Source: a virus. From it: DNA of 64,000 nucleotides. The notes beneath the pieces were generated by a model. The model ran no database searches. It saw only the letters and a program-made list of their open reading frames with translations, and was not told the origin of the DNA. Made by a program: the position numbers and the translations under genes. Shown in pieces: positions 26,723-37,995 of this stretch; position 1 is the stretch's first letter, and each line of letters opens with the position of its first letter. The stretch covers positions 1 through 64,000 of IMG/VR virus record IMGVR_UViG_3300025732_000035, one strand, 5' to 3'.

Positions 26723-29700
26723 TTAATCAATGCGGTACAAAGACTGATCAAAGCGCACAATCCAAGAAAGCGTTTGTCCTCCAATTTCTTCGCATGGATG
26801 CTCAATAGCTCTTACGGTAATTTCGCCTTCTTCTTCCATTGTCACTTCTGTCACGCGGAAAACACGCTTTGTTGTCACTGCATTGCCCAAGACAAATAGC
26901 CATCCTTCATAAGGAGCGAATGATGCTGATTGACTGTCTGTCACTGACACTGAAAGTTTGACAATTCCTTCTTTGGGACTGCCACTATACAAAAGCGCCG
27001 TATAAGAGCCGTTAATTGGATCTTCTGCCAATGGAGTATTGAGCTTACCGTCTGCCTCGACAATGCCACTACGGAAATCATCCCATTGATTCTGATCGGT
27101 TTGAACATAAATGTAGCTGCCAGGCTCAATAGGGCTTTCAGTGGGGAATGTTTTAAACTCCACTGCTCGCCTTGAAAGCCTTCGCTGCTGACATAAAAGC
27201 ATCCCATAATGCAAGGCTTGCGTTCTATTCGTAACAAAATCAGAGAGATTAAATGTTTGGCGAATACTTAAAGCTTCATTGGCATCAACAAGTGCAATTG
27301 TTACACTTGTATTACTAGGGAACACGTCATCATTTTGAGTGTCCCGGTAGAGAATGGTGGCAATTAAATCTTGCGTGTTATCGCCATAATCAAGAAATTC
27401 TTCTTTGTAACTATCTTCAAGGATATTACCTTGATTAAACAATGCGGAAATAGAAACATTCCTTGTCACTTTCCCAAAAACATCGTATGGCACCGCAGGA
27501 ACAAGTGTTTCCTTCCCTCCAATGCGAGCAAATTCAAGAAGAGAATACGGCGCAACTGTACTCCAAAATTCTCGCCATGACTGCGGCTCTGCAATTACAC
27601 CGTCCATGTAATAATTGTTTTCTCGGCAAAATTTTTGCGCAATGCCAAGTCGTACTTTATCAATGCCATTAATATTTGCATAAGAACCAATGCCATTTGT
27701 TGCATCAAGAATAGTATCAAGAAAAATTTCTGGAGCAAAGCTGGTTGAAGATACAATGTCTTCTGAAATGTCACCATTATCAGCAAGTTTTTTAACCTTC
27801 TTTCCTTTTGACACCCAAGCACTAAGGGAGCGCAAATCTTGCACGCCCTGTCCGCTATAAATATTCAAGCCAAGCATTGCCAAGTCTTGATAAATGGTGG
27901 GAGGAAGTGCTTCACGTCGCTGCTCTGTTACGGCCGTTAATGTGTGCTCAGGTCCGCTATCAAAAGAAAAAGCAATTTGAGTGTCAGAACGCAATGAAAA
28001 TAGTCCCCATTCGTCAACAAATTGTGGCGTGCGATTTAGTTTTGGACGCAAGCGAACAGTTTTGCGAATGATTCCACGAAAAACCAATTGATGACCGCTT
28101 CCAATGTTTATAGTTTTTTGTCTATCATTTAAGCCGTAGCCAAATGTACGAAGATAAAGAATGTCAATTTGTTGCCCATCATTATGAGTGCGTAGCTCAG
28201 CAGGAAGATCGACAATGGGCTCAAATTTAAATTGCCATTTCTCTTTTGATGCAGCCCAAAAACGGAGATGAGTGTAAATATCCACTTCTTTTCCATTGCG
28301 AATGGCTAGTACATATGGAATCCTTGTAAAGCGCTCATCTTCAGGCTTTTTATAGTGCATCCAGAATAGAGACGTGCGATTGCGTACACCATTATCACTG
28401 TCTTTGTGACCCTGCATGTCCTCTTCTGCATATTTACTTTGTCTTCCCTGTATACGTTGAAATACCTTGCTCTTAAAACAAAAATTTACAATGTCGCAAT
28501 TGGTGACAGCTTCATATTCAATTTCATTGATTTTGGCAATACATTTAGTATTAAAATAATCATTCCAGTTGTCTTTATTTTTTAATTCTATTTTTGTCTC
28601 GTTCAACTCTCGTTCTGCTTCGTCATAATCCCTTTGCCATTGCCTTTGCGCTTCTGTTTCTGCCGGGATGTCTCGCTGATCCCTGATAAGCTCATCAATC
28701 TGTCGCCGAATCGTGCGACGCTCATCGCGCATAGCACGTAGCTCAGTTTTTAAATCAGTTCTTGGTGATTCATCAAATAAGCCTTCTTCAATGGCTCGTG
28801 GCATAAGCCTACGAACAAGATCATTAATTTGTTTGCGACTTTCTTTTTTAGCCGTGGTTTGATTGCGAATAGATTCTCTTTTATCTCCGCGTCTTTCCCT
28901 GAGGCGTTTAATCCTGTCTCGTTGATTATCGGTAAAAGGCCTTTCTGCTAGTAAATCTTGAATAGCAGAGTTAATGTCTTCTAGCTCTTCACGGCGGGCG
29001 TCAATAATCCTGTTGCGCTCTCTAATGTCATCTTCCAAGCTGTTAATTTGTCTATTTACATCTTGGAAGGCGCCTGTCTCATCTAAAAGATCTCTAAAAT
29101 CTTTAGACGATAAATCTCCTTTTCTAATTGCCGATGCTTTTAAAATATTTTCGTCTAACTCTGCCAGTCTCTGGGCATACTGGTTAATTTGATCAGCAGT
29201 TGCACCTTTAATTTTATTACCAAAAGCTTCGCCTTTAATTGAAAGCAAGTAAATGATGCGATTTTCTAATTCTTTTTTCTTTGCTTTTAATTCCTCGCCA
29301 TTTTCTTGATAATTTAAAGTTTTGTAATCTTCTTCACATAACACCCCCGGCTCTATACATTTAAAAGTAAATTGACCTTCAATGTCAACATCGTCCTTAA
29401 TATTACTAGAAATCATCTTTAACTTAGCGGCGCCAAGTTTATATAAACTAGCTGAATCAAAAACAGTAATATAAGAACTACGCAAATCAACGGCAGCCCT
29501 TTCTACGTCTTCGTCAACGCGTTTGCCATCTTCTTCGTTGAAAACAATTGTCAACCTTTCTCCTTTTGGCAATGCAGGGCGTACTTCCACGACGGGCCAG
29601 CTTTGTGGCCAGTATTGTCCTCTGTCTGTCATTGTAATTCCAAGCTTATCGCGATCTTCCCTGCCTTCGTCATCCCTGTCTTCTACTTGCACATTAATAG

Positions 29701-30439
29701 GCACCACGTCATATACACCTAATGAAGCGGCAGTGGTTGGAGAAAAAGCTTGGCTAAATCCTTCTGGCCTTTTAATCCCAGCAGTGTTTGTCTTATAAAC
29801 ACCGTCGGAAGGCGTAATACCTTCTCGTGACGGGTCATCTTCATTTAGTGGTTTTGGGTATTGGTTGTCAAGAAAACGAAGAGGCCCGCCTTCTGGTTTA
29901 GCATAAAGCCATAGGCGTTGATCTGGAATATCTCTTAATGGTATCTGTCCAAAGGCAGTGCGTCTATAATCAAGCTCTTCAATGGGGCCAGCGCCAATTA
30001 CTGAAAGCATTTGCATGAACTGGCTAGACCCAAGACTATGCACAGCCGACCATACCAGCGAAGTGTTAACTCTTACGCCGCCAGCAGGATTTTGCGAATC
30101 ATTGGTATAAACAAGATTAACTGGATCGCCGTAACGCGCCACTTCCTGGAAAGAATTGAAGCCATAGCGAGGCGCAAAGAAAAGATTTCGGGACTGGCGT
30201 CCCATTCTTTGTTGCGCGTCCGGCCTGGGAGCGAGAAGTGCCGCTGCCACTTGGGCGATTGTTCCGACAATAGAAAGCACCAGCGCAATGGTGCTGATCG
30301 GTTCATTTCTAATGTCAAGGATAGTGCCCTGTTTAGGATCCCGATAATTTAATCGCGCCAAATAAAACTGCCAATATTCTTCCTCTGAAATTTGCAGAGC
30401 ATCGATCAGGGCTTTTTCGTAAGGAAGAAGCTTGCGCAT
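26723..30439 (-). CDS. tail tip / central hub protein (lambda gpI/J-like position)
   Basis: ~1240 aa after NlpC gene; FNSFQEVARYGDPV motif; large charged coiled-coil insertion. Confidence 0.75.
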   Translation of the reverse strand: MRKLLPYEKALIDALQISEEEYWQFYLARLNYRDPKQGTILDIRNEPISTIALVLSIVGTIAQVAAALLAPRPDAQQRMGRQSRNLFFAPRYGFNSFQEVARYGDPVNLVYTNDSQNPAGGVRVNTSLVWSAVHSLGSSQFMQMLSVIGAGPIEELDYRRTAFGQIPLRDIPDQRLWLYAKPEGGPLRFLDNQYPKPLNEDDPSREGITPSDGVYKTNTAGIKRPEGFSQAFSPTTAASLGVYDVVPINVQVEDRDDEGREDRDKLGITMTDRGQYWPQSWPVVEVRPALPKGERLTIVFNEEDGKRVDEDVERAAVDLRSSYITVFDSASLYKLGAAKLKMISSNIKDDVDIEGQFTFKCIEPGVLCEEDYKTLNYQENGEELKAKKKELENRIIYLLSIKGEAFGNKIKGATADQINQYAQRLAELDENILKASAIRKGDLSSKDFRDLLDETGAFQDVNRQINSLEDDIRERNRIIDARREELEDINSAIQDLLAERPFTDNQRDRIKRLRERRGDKRESIRNQTTAKKESRKQINDLVRRLMPRAIEEGLFDESPRTDLKTELRAMRDERRTIRRQIDELIRDQRDIPAETEAQRQWQRDYDEAERELNETKIELKNKDNWNDYFNTKCIAKINEIEYEAVTNCDIVNFCFKSKVFQRIQGRQSKYAEEDMQGHKDSDNGVRNRTSLFWMHYKKPEDERFTRIPYVLAIRNGKEVDIYTHLRFWAASKEKWQFKFEPIVDLPAELRTHNDGQQIDILYLRTFGYGLNDRQKTINIGSGHQLVFRGIIRKTVRLRPKLNRTPQFVDEWGLFSLRSDTQIAFSFDSGPEHTLTAVTEQRREALPPTIYQDLAMLGLNIYSGQGVQDLRSLSAWVSKGKKVKKLADNGDISEDIVSSTSFAPEIFLDTILDATNGIGSYANINGIDKVRLGIAQKFCRENNYYMDGVIAEPQSWREFWSTVAPYSLLEFARIGGKETLVPAVPYDVFGKVTRNVSISALFNQGNILEDSYKEEFLDYGDNTQDLIATILYRDTQNDDVFPSNTSVTIALVDANEALSIRQTFNLSDFVTNRTQALHYGMLLCQQRRLSRRAVEFKTFPTESPIEPGSYIYVQTDQNQWDDFRSGIVEADGKLNTPLAEDPINGSYTALLYSGSPKEGIVKLSVSVTDSQSASFAPYEGWLFVLGNAVTTKRVFRVTEVTMEEEGEITVRAIEHPCEEIGGQTLSWIVRFDQSLYRID

Positions 30440-30441
30440 TG

Positions 30442-30819
30442 CTATCTCGGTCTGAACCAATATGCGTACGATAATACGCTTTCATCGCATTCAATGCTAA
30501 CGCTTCTTCCTTTGGGAGCTATGCAAAAAGCTCGCCCATCCACAACCGTAATTAATGCTGCTTTCTCAATACACATGCCAACGTCACCATTTTGCAGTGA
30601 GTCAATGGGCAAGCAATTATCCTTCAGCCATCGAAGTAATAGTCGAGCAGAAAAACTGTCTTCGTTATATTTTTTATACGCCCATGCAAAAGCTGGAGCG
30701 TAATCTTTCAATCCAAGCCTGCGCCTAATAGTGCAGCAAAGTTGAAAACAATCAGACTTGCCATTGCCATCATCTGGACTTGCGCCCCATTCATATTGCA
30801 AGCCAATTAAATCATTCAT
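30442..30819 (-). CDS. NlpC/P60-like tail assembly protein (gpK-like)
   Basis: LIGLQYEWG..SDCFQL motif and position. Confidence 0.75.
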   Translation of the reverse strand: MNDLIGLQYEWGASPDDGNGKSDCFQLCCTIRRRLGLKDYAPAFAWAYKKYNEDSFSARLLLRWLKDNCLPIDSLQNGDVGMCIEKAALITVVDGRAFCIAPKGRSVSIECDESVLSYAYWFRPR

Positions 30820-31331
30820 CGCAGGCTAATTTCCGCGTTCAATGGTAAGAACCCAACATTCTTGGACGAGAACGTTTGCCTTGGAAAAGATGCACCCACA
30901 CTATCCATTGCACTCCTAAAGCGCAGTTCTACAGTCGTATCATCAAAGGAAGCGCCAACACCCACATAGAATTCTTCGTATTCAGCAGTTTTTGTATAGC
31001 TACTGTAATCAGTGATAGAACCAGTGGTTGCCATCCATACTGTCTTTAGGGAAAGCTTGCTAAGGCGATTGCCTTCTCCATTTTCAACAAGTGCAATGGT
31101 AAAAGCACTATGGGGAAATAAAACGCGCAATAAACTGTTTTCTCCATTTAATGAAGACAACGCTCCCTCCACGCGAAACGGAGCATGACGATAAACGGGA
31201 GATGCCGACCCTGGTACTGATACTGCAGTAAAATCCTTGCCAAAGAAATAATTCTGATAATAGTGCGATTGCTTGTTAGCCGTTTCAATAAAAAGAAAAT
31301 GAGCGATGTGAACAGAGGTTTCCATGATCAA
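30816..31331 (-). CDS. minor tail protein (gpL-like position)
   Basis: synteny TMP-Dit-L-K-J. Confidence 0.6.
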   Translation of the reverse strand: MIMETSVHIAHFLFIETANKQSHYYQNYFFGKDFTAVSVPGSASPVYRHAPFRVEGALSSLNGENSLLRVLFPHSAFTIALVENGEGNRLSKLSLKTVWMATTGSITDYSSYTKTAEYEEFYVGVGASFDDTTVELRFRSAMDSVGASFPRQTFSSKNVGFLPLNAEISLR

Positions 31332-31723
31332 ACGCCAGAATAATCAAGCTCGCCAATCAAGCGCACTGTAACAGTACTGCGTCCATTGAACACGCTTTCT
31401 ACTTGCGGAGGCTCAGCATATTCCCAGAGGCCATTTGTTGGCGCTTGCACAACACTTTTTAGCGTTGTGCTCATGCCAGAAAACACATCATCGGGAAGCG
31501 TGAAGCGAGCATAGCTGCCAAACTGGCCATAGTAATGATCAAGAATGGCTTTCGTATTAGCGTCAGAAATATTTTCAAACTGAAGATCAATGGCATGACC
31601 AAATGACCGATTGCCAAACACTCGCTTGACGGTTGCTCCTGAAAGTCCACGATAAACCTTCGTGGGAAATTGTCCTGGAGAATAAGAACGTCCAGTTGGC
31701 CTAATAGAAGGAAATATTGCCAT
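31328..31723 (-). CDS. distal tail protein (gpM/Dit-like)
   Basis: directly after tape measure gene. Confidence 0.65.
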   Translation of the reverse strand: MAIFPSIRPTGRSYSPGQFPTKVYRGLSGATVKRVFGNRSFGHAIDLQFENISDANTKAILDHYYGQFGSYARFTLPDDVFSGMSTTLKSVVQAPTNGLWEYAEPPQVESVFNGRSTVTVRLIGELDYSGV

Positions 31724-34700
31724 TAGCGGATACCAATGCTAGAGCGAGTGGAGGGGCTTTGCTTAATCTTATCAAGCGTCATTGACATGCCTCGTTGAGC
31801 ACCACCTGCAATGGAAGCACGGCGAGTTTCTGCCATTGCTTGCTCTAACTGTTCCCGGCTAACGTATTCTACGCCATTAATCTTAGTCGTTTCAAACTTC
31901 ATGCTCAGAGAAGGTGCTTGAGGCATGCCTGGGGCGCCATTGCCCATGAGGTCACGGGCAGAACGTCCGCCAAGCTGCACGGGAATGGAACGACCGTCTG
32001 GGAGTGGGACAACGGCTTCGTTGTACTTGCCTTCGCCCATTAGGCCAAGAGTTGGACCGCCCACAACTCCTCCATTGGCGAATGCCCTAAAACCTCCCCT
32101 GGCAATGCCACCATTGGCAAAGACTGCACCTAGTTTTGGCGCAAAAGGTGCAGCCCCAAGCGCATCTGCAGTGCCGTTGAAAGAAGAGCTGGTTCCGAAT
32201 TGACCAACAGATCCGCCTCCAAACATGCCGCTAAATCCACCAAGAAGACTCCCAGCCATAGAGGCAATCATGCCAATGCCGCCAAGCACGTTAGATGTGC
32301 CTCCTTCTTTGATTTGATTAATACCAGCCATGATGCCCATGATGCTGCCAGCAGCCATGCCAATGCCGCCAACAACACCAGCAAGACTTTGTTGCCAAGT
32401 TTTACCAGCAGCACCATTTGGTCCCATTTCTTCACCGGCGGCGCCTACTGTCATTGCGCTATTCCAAACTGAAGCGTCCACTTGCCCTAATTGTTCTGCG
32501 TAAGCATTGGCGCTTTCAGTGAGGGAGCCAAGCTCTGGCATCTGAAGCGCATTTCCGCTAGCGTAATCCAAGGAGAACATGCCACCAGACTGAGACGCAT
32601 ATGGTCCGGCACCTGTTGCGGCACCTCCGGCCCCAGTCATCGCAGCAGTATTGGCCTTAATCGCTTCTGTGTTGAGCTTGGTTTCTGCAGTGTTCTTATC
32701 TTGAGCCTCAATAGGAGTAGTTGAAGGCTTCGTTCCTTCAGGCATATTTTCAATCGCGCCTTTCGGGAAGAATTTTTCAATGGCAAACTTAGAAAGTCCC
32801 TCTTTGAAGAATTTTTCCACTGGAGCCATGGCAAAATCAAGGAAAATGGTCAGCGTGCGATCCTTGAGGGCTTCTTGGAATTTCTTAAGAGATTCCACTG
32901 CGTCTTCGCCACTAATGACTTCTTTGAGGAAGCCTTTGTAGTCGGAAGAAGTGTCAGTCACAAAGCTATCAATGGTCTCGCGGACAGCTTTAATGTTGTC
33001 GCGAACTTTCTCAAGATCGTAAATGAGATTTAACTGCTCCGCCGTAGCGTCTTTGTTTTCTTGGGCAATCCTAAGTCTTTTCTGTTCTTCTTCGCTAATC
33101 GCTCTCAATAAGGATAGTTGATCTCGGAGACCTTTAATTGTCTGTTCTATCTGCAATGCACGCGCCGCTTTAATTCGCTCCAGTGTTACTTCTTTTAGGT
33201 TCTCAATTTCGGTTTCAATAAGCTTTTGCTGTTTAGTCTTCAACTCTCTAATTTTATCTTCAATAATAAAATTAGCTTCTTGCTCGACAGTAAGACCATC
33301 GTAACCATTTCTTAAATTACCTAAAAGTACCATTTGTTTTTTAATTTCAATATTCTCATCCCTGATGCCTTCCTTGAACGGACGAGCCAACTTAAGTTTG
33401 GCACCTTTTATAGATGTCTGATATTCTTCTTCGACCAGTTGTCTTTCGTTTTCTGCCAATTGTTCAAATACTGCTAACTGCTTTGCGCGAATGGAGGCTT
33501 CATAGTCGCCAATTCCTGCTTTTTTGTCGGCTAATGCTTGATCAATGACCAATAGTTCAAATTTTCGTTTATTTGATGCAGAAGCAATTTCATATTCTGT
33601 TTCGTCAATAATTTCTAATTGTCGCTGTTGTTCTAATTTTGCTTGTGCAATTCTTTCATTTACTTTTAACTGCTCAATTGCTTCACTTTGAAAATCACGC
33701 AATTGCCGTTCTCTTTTGCTCTTATCCGTATCTTGACCAGCAGATAAATCAATAGGGCCTGGCTTAAGTTGCGCGTCAAGGCGGTTTTGTTCTTGTTGTG
33801 CTTTTGATCTTTGACCAGCAAGAATAGCCTGCATTTTTCTTCTCTCATCTCTATTCTTGTTAATTGCATCCATCACTTTCGATATGTCTTCCGGGATTAC
33901 ATAATTACCGGCTGGTCCAGTTTGCACATATCCTCCGAGGCCGGCCCGTTTCATTGCCTCAGTTGTCGCCTTGTCAATGCGAGCACTTTCATATGGACGA
34001 GATTCTGGATTTATGTCTGCTTTGCTCATTGCCTTAGCAATTTTTTCGTAAGTATTTGCTTGTTCTAATAGGCTTTTATTTAAACGATCAATTCCCGCAA
34101 CATTTCCACTTTCCCCCATTAGACGAGCTTGGTCTCCAATATTTTTGTATCTTCCAGCGATATCATCCATCACTCCCCGAAGACGAACAAATTCTGATAC
34201 AGCAAAAGTAACAGCAGTTGCAATTGCTCCAACGACAGTTGTAAGCATTGCAGTTCTAACGACAGAGGCAAATGCTGTAACAGCGCCACCAGTAGCGGCT
34301 AGTCCGCTTGATAAAAGCCTTAATTGCAATTGAGTGCCAGCCAATGTGCTGTTGGTTGCAATTGTGGCCATATTTAATGCGGTCATTCGGCCAATAGTTT
34401 GAACTAATGATACAATTAAGCCCGCTAATATCCTGCCCCCAAGCAACGTAAACGCTCCATTGAGAAGCAAAATGGTCGTGTAAACTTGGGCAAACACTCC
34501 AACTATAGGTAAAGACAATATTTGTAAAAAGCCCTTTAAGACAGGCGCTAAAGCGTTTGCGACGCCTTTTATAGCCTGACCCGCCATTTGCATATTTTGC
34601 CAAATGCCTTGCAGCGATGGAATGATAGATTGCATGCTTGCAGCAAGCTGAGATCCACCTTCAGTGACGGCTTCTTGTTTAGATATTAATGAATTAAAAG

Positions 34701-37488
34701 CATCAGTAACAATGCGCACACCATTAGTAATTGGCAAAATAAACTTATTGGCAAACAAAATTGCTGCAGGTTCAAATGTTTCATAAAAAAGTTGAACTGT
34801 TGTTTGAAGCCTGTTCATTACGCCTTGGAATGTACTTGCAGCACCAACAGCGCCTTTGCCAAACTCATCTTTCATCGTGGCGCCAACATTAACAAGCAAT
34901 TGCTTCATTGCATCACCTTTAAACGCGCCATCTTCCATCGCTTGACTAAAGTCCTGCACGCTCATTTTTGCGGCTTTTGCAAATAATGCGAGCGCGCCAG
35001 GGAGAACATCTCCAAGTTGACTTTTAAGCTCTTCACTCATAACTTGCCCCTTGCTTGCCATTTGAGCAAAAGCATACATAACACGATCAACCTTGTCTGC
35101 GCTCATTCCAAATGTAGCCGCGCCCATTGAAATGCCTTCAAAAATGCCACGAATTTCTTGTCCCGAAAAACCCGCTGGCTTCATTGACGCATACAATTTT
35201 GTAAATCCATCTCTTGCCGATTGAAGAGGAATATTATATTGATCGACTAAAGATAGTATGTATTTATTTGAAGTTGAAAACTCTTGCGCGGATGGCGTAA
35301 TAGCGTCAAGAGTGTTGCGAAAATTTTGGAGTTGACTTACTGCGTTTGCCACCTGCGATGGGAAGTCTTGAATAAACGCTAAAAGCTTATATGCTTGACC
35401 AAACAGAAGCACTTGTTTTGTTGCAAATGCAAATTCACTGCCAAGTTCTTTGATGGTGCCAGCACCAGGAAGATTTCCAAAACCTCCCATCGCACGCCCG
35501 AAGCCTCCCATTCCTCCAGTGCCGCCAAATCGGCCTCCTCCGCCACTAGGGGGAATTGCTCCTCCTCCTGTCATTGATGGTTGCGGAACAATAGCGCCAC
35601 CCGCCGCATAAGGAACAATGGCACTTAATGAGCGAGCACTTCTATATGTTTGCGAATAAGGAGCAGGGGCGCGTCCAGCGCCACCTCCCATTACATCTAT
35701 GCCACGCAAGTCAGAACGCATGCGAGCTTCACGCTCACGACGAGCCATCATTTCAACTCTCGTTTCACCTCCAATGGCGCCAGTTGCGTATGGGCTCGGA
35801 GCGCGACCGACACCAGCGGGAAGCAAGCCAGCAATATGCTGTCCTTGTAACATTCTTTGCGAAGTCCCAAGATCAGCCACTTGTGCCGGAATAATTCGAG
35901 CACGCGATTGCGCCAGTTTGATAGCGCCCTCGATTTCGCGCATCAACGAAGAAACAGCATCGTCAATTCTTGCGTCCTTCGTTCTCGCCTCCGCGTCTTT
36001 TAACGCTTGAACAAGATACGCAAACGCCCCCATTGCGTCTTTGATGCCAGAAGACGTCTCGCGCACTTCAGTATCAATGACTGTAAATTGACGCTGTAGA
36101 ATCTCGTCTAAATTCTTGCGAAGCGCCGCATAAATGCGTTTTGTATCAACAAGTTGTCCGCCGCCGGAAGGCAATGCTCGTGGACCTTGTTGTGCGATTA
36201 AAGCGTCAACAGCGGCCTTAATTTGAGACTGTACTGACATTGCAGGCAGTAGTCCTGCAGGCGGCCTCGCGCCTCCTATTAGGCCAGCAGCAGACGCGCC
36301 AGCAGGCAAAGCCCTGCCAGTTCCCGATGGTCCAATGGGGATGTTTCTTTGTGGAATGGTTGCGGGGAAATTGACGCCAGGCAAAGCGCGTTGTTGCGCC
36401 ATTTCACGACGAATAGTCGCCGGATCCATTCCAAGCATCTGGAATAGTCCCCTAGCAAAAGTATCAAGAACTTTATTTAATCCGCTCCTATCTGGATTCC
36501 TCATCATTGCTTGAGGATCAAGATATTTAGTGATAGCCTCAATGCTTGCTTCTTGAACAAGTTTGTCAATCAATGCAGCCGCTGTATCGCTTTTGTACTT
36601 ATAAGCGCCCTTCACTCCAACTTGGCTAGCAATATTTTTTAAGCTTCCAATGCCTTCTCCTGTGATTGCAGTGCGGAATTGCTCGCGTCGCGCAGTCTCC
36701 GTAACCCCGCCACCGGCCATTCGCTCAGCGCCAATGCGAGCGATGTCTTCCATTTTCCTTGCCACTTCGGCTTGGATTTGAGAAGGAGTTTTTGCAATGT
36801 CAACTTCAGCTTTTATCTTAATTGCAATGTTGCCCAGTTTCTCATTGACTACTTTTTTGAATTCAGAAACATCAGCATTATTGATTGACGCTTTTATGCT
36901 CGTGGGAATACGAAGCTTTCCGCCTCCCTGTTTGATTTTCTGATCGGATTGAATACGTGCTTGAATGGCATCTAGTACACTTCTCGCCTCTTTACCAGTG
37001 GCGCCATTCTTGATTCCAATGGTAACTTGCGCCTGTCTAGAAAGTTCCTTAATAAATGCAGCCGTTTTGGGAGTGGCAAGTTTTGTTGGGAGTTGAATTT
37101 CGCCCGCCCCGCCGGACACAATATCCCTATAAATTTGCGCTCGTATCTTGCGAACTTTTTCTTTGCTGAATTTTTCAACATTAGCTGATGCATTAATACT
37201 CAGCTTAATTTTTTCATCTTTAAGCGCTTTTAAAGTTTTCTGAAAATTAGCGACTTTATCGGTTAGCACATTTAAAGTATTGCTTTCAATTTTTACGTCA
37301 AAAGACTTCTTGCCGCCAAGGTAACGACTTAGCAGTCTGTATTGATCTGCAACGCTTTTTTTATTAAAACGAACGTTAATATCAATCGGCTGTCCCGCAA
37401 GAGAGGAAGTGGCCTTTAGCAATTCTTGCTTGAAGAAATTAAGGTCAAGACCCACCTTGAGGGTCATATCAGCATTTTGACCTGCCAT
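31723..37488 (-). CDS. tape measure protein
   Basis: 1921 aa, Ala/Gly-rich; AFAQMASKGQVMSEELKSQLGD tape-measure domain; FANGG..GEG..EAVVPL C-terminus. Confidence 0.95.
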   Translation of the reverse strand: MAGQNADMTLKVGLDLNFFKQELLKATSSLAGQPIDINVRFNKKSVADQYRLLSRYLGGKKSFDVKIESNTLNVLTDKVANFQKTLKALKDEKIKLSINASANVEKFSKEKVRKIRAQIYRDIVSGGAGEIQLPTKLATPKTAAFIKELSRQAQVTIGIKNGATGKEARSVLDAIQARIQSDQKIKQGGGKLRIPTSIKASINNADVSEFKKVVNEKLGNIAIKIKAEVDIAKTPSQIQAEVARKMEDIARIGAERMAGGGVTETARREQFRTAITGEGIGSLKNIASQVGVKGAYKYKSDTAAALIDKLVQEASIEAITKYLDPQAMMRNPDRSGLNKVLDTFARGLFQMLGMDPATIRREMAQQRALPGVNFPATIPQRNIPIGPSGTGRALPAGASAAGLIGGARPPAGLLPAMSVQSQIKAAVDALIAQQGPRALPSGGGQLVDTKRIYAALRKNLDEILQRQFTVIDTEVRETSSGIKDAMGAFAYLVQALKDAEARTKDARIDDAVSSLMREIEGAIKLAQSRARIIPAQVADLGTSQRMLQGQHIAGLLPAGVGRAPSPYATGAIGGETRVEMMARREREARMRSDLRGIDVMGGGAGRAPAPYSQTYRSARSLSAIVPYAAGGAIVPQPSMTGGGAIPPSGGGGRFGGTGGMGGFGRAMGGFGNLPGAGTIKELGSEFAFATKQVLLFGQAYKLLAFIQDFPSQVANAVSQLQNFRNTLDAITPSAQEFSTSNKYILSLVDQYNIPLQSARDGFTKLYASMKPAGFSGQEIRGIFEGISMGAATFGMSADKVDRVMYAFAQMASKGQVMSEELKSQLGDVLPGALALFAKAAKMSVQDFSQAMEDGAFKGDAMKQLLVNVGATMKDEFGKGAVGAASTFQGVMNRLQTTVQLFYETFEPAAILFANKFILPITNGVRIVTDAFNSLISKQEAVTEGGSQLAASMQSIIPSLQGIWQNMQMAGQAIKGVANALAPVLKGFLQILSLPIVGVFAQVYTTILLLNGAFTLLGGRILAGLIVSLVQTIGRMTALNMATIATNSTLAGTQLQLRLLSSGLAATGGAVTAFASVVRTAMLTTVVGAIATAVTFAVSEFVRLRGVMDDIAGRYKNIGDQARLMGESGNVAGIDRLNKSLLEQANTYEKIAKAMSKADINPESRPYESARIDKATTEAMKRAGLGGYVQTGPAGNYVIPEDISKVMDAINKNRDERRKMQAILAGQRSKAQQEQNRLDAQLKPGPIDLSAGQDTDKSKRERQLRDFQSEAIEQLKVNERIAQAKLEQQRQLEIIDETEYEIASASNKRKFELLVIDQALADKKAGIGDYEASIRAKQLAVFEQLAENERQLVEEEYQTSIKGAKLKLARPFKEGIRDENIEIKKQMVLLGNLRNGYDGLTVEQEANFIIEDKIRELKTKQQKLIETEIENLKEVTLERIKAARALQIEQTIKGLRDQLSLLRAISEEEQKRLRIAQENKDATAEQLNLIYDLEKVRDNIKAVRETIDSFVTDTSSDYKGFLKEVISGEDAVESLKKFQEALKDRTLTIFLDFAMAPVEKFFKEGLSKFAIEKFFPKGAIENMPEGTKPSTTPIEAQDKNTAETKLNTEAIKANTAAMTGAGGAATGAGPYASQSGGMFSLDYASGNALQMPELGSLTESANAYAEQLGQVDASVWNSAMTVGAAGEEMGPNGAAGKTWQQSLAGVVGGIGMAAGSIMGIMAGINQIKEGGTSNVLGGIGMIASMAGSLLGGFSGMFGGGSVGQFGTSSSFNGTADALGAAPFAPKLGAVFANGGIARGGFRAFANGGVVGGPTLGLMGEGKYNEAVVPLPDGRSIPVQLGGRSARDLMGNGAPGMPQAPSLSMKFETTKINGVEYVSREQLEQAMAETRRASIAGGAQRGMSMTLDKIKQSPSTRSSIGIR

Positions 37489-37521
37489 CTTCAGCTACTC
37501 ATTATTGTCTCCATTCTATAA

Positions 37522-37995
37522 TCATTGCTCTTGATTACGTCCAGCAAAAGCCTTCATCTCATCAGCAAGTAACGCAATAACGCGCCCATCCATCTTTCTT
37601 GTCTTCATTAAACGCTGCAGAACAATCAAGCTTGCATCCGTCACGCCATCTTCTTTCTTGATCTGCTTCGTATCAAACGGCAGGAAATCTTCCGGCTTCA
37701 CCTTACTCTTTCTTCCCGCCATCATTCCTGCTGCCATTGTGCCAAGCTTGGCTACGGCAACGCTGCTGACATTGTATTTTGCGATGTCATGACGATCAAG
37801 ATATTTCAGCGCACTCTTAACGTCATCAAGCCTCTGGAGGCCAAAATTCTTGGCACTCCATCGCTCGTCCTTAAAGTCGGAAGCTGAGAGCCTGAAATAG
37901 ATTTCGTTCCAATCTGTCAGGCTCTTAAGCTGCTTTCTGGCTTGTGCTTCAAGCCTTTCTGCTACTGAGGACCATTCCTCTTCGCTGCTTTTTTT
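37522..37995 (-). CDS. tail assembly chaperone frameshift extension (gpT part of gpGT)
   Basis: -1 frame open from slippery A_AAA_AAA (37995-37989) to stop 37522: KKSSEEEWSSVAERLEAQARKQLKSLTDW...PEDFLPFD. Confidence 0.85.
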   Translation of the reverse strand, partial: KKSSEEEWSSVAERLEAQARKQLKSLTDWNEIYFRLSASDFKDERWSAKNFGLQRLDDVKSALKYLDRHDIAKYNVSSVAVAKLGTMAAGMMAGRKSKVKPEDFLPFDTKQIKKEDGVTDASLIVLQRLMKTRKMDGRVIALLADEMKAFAGRNQEQ

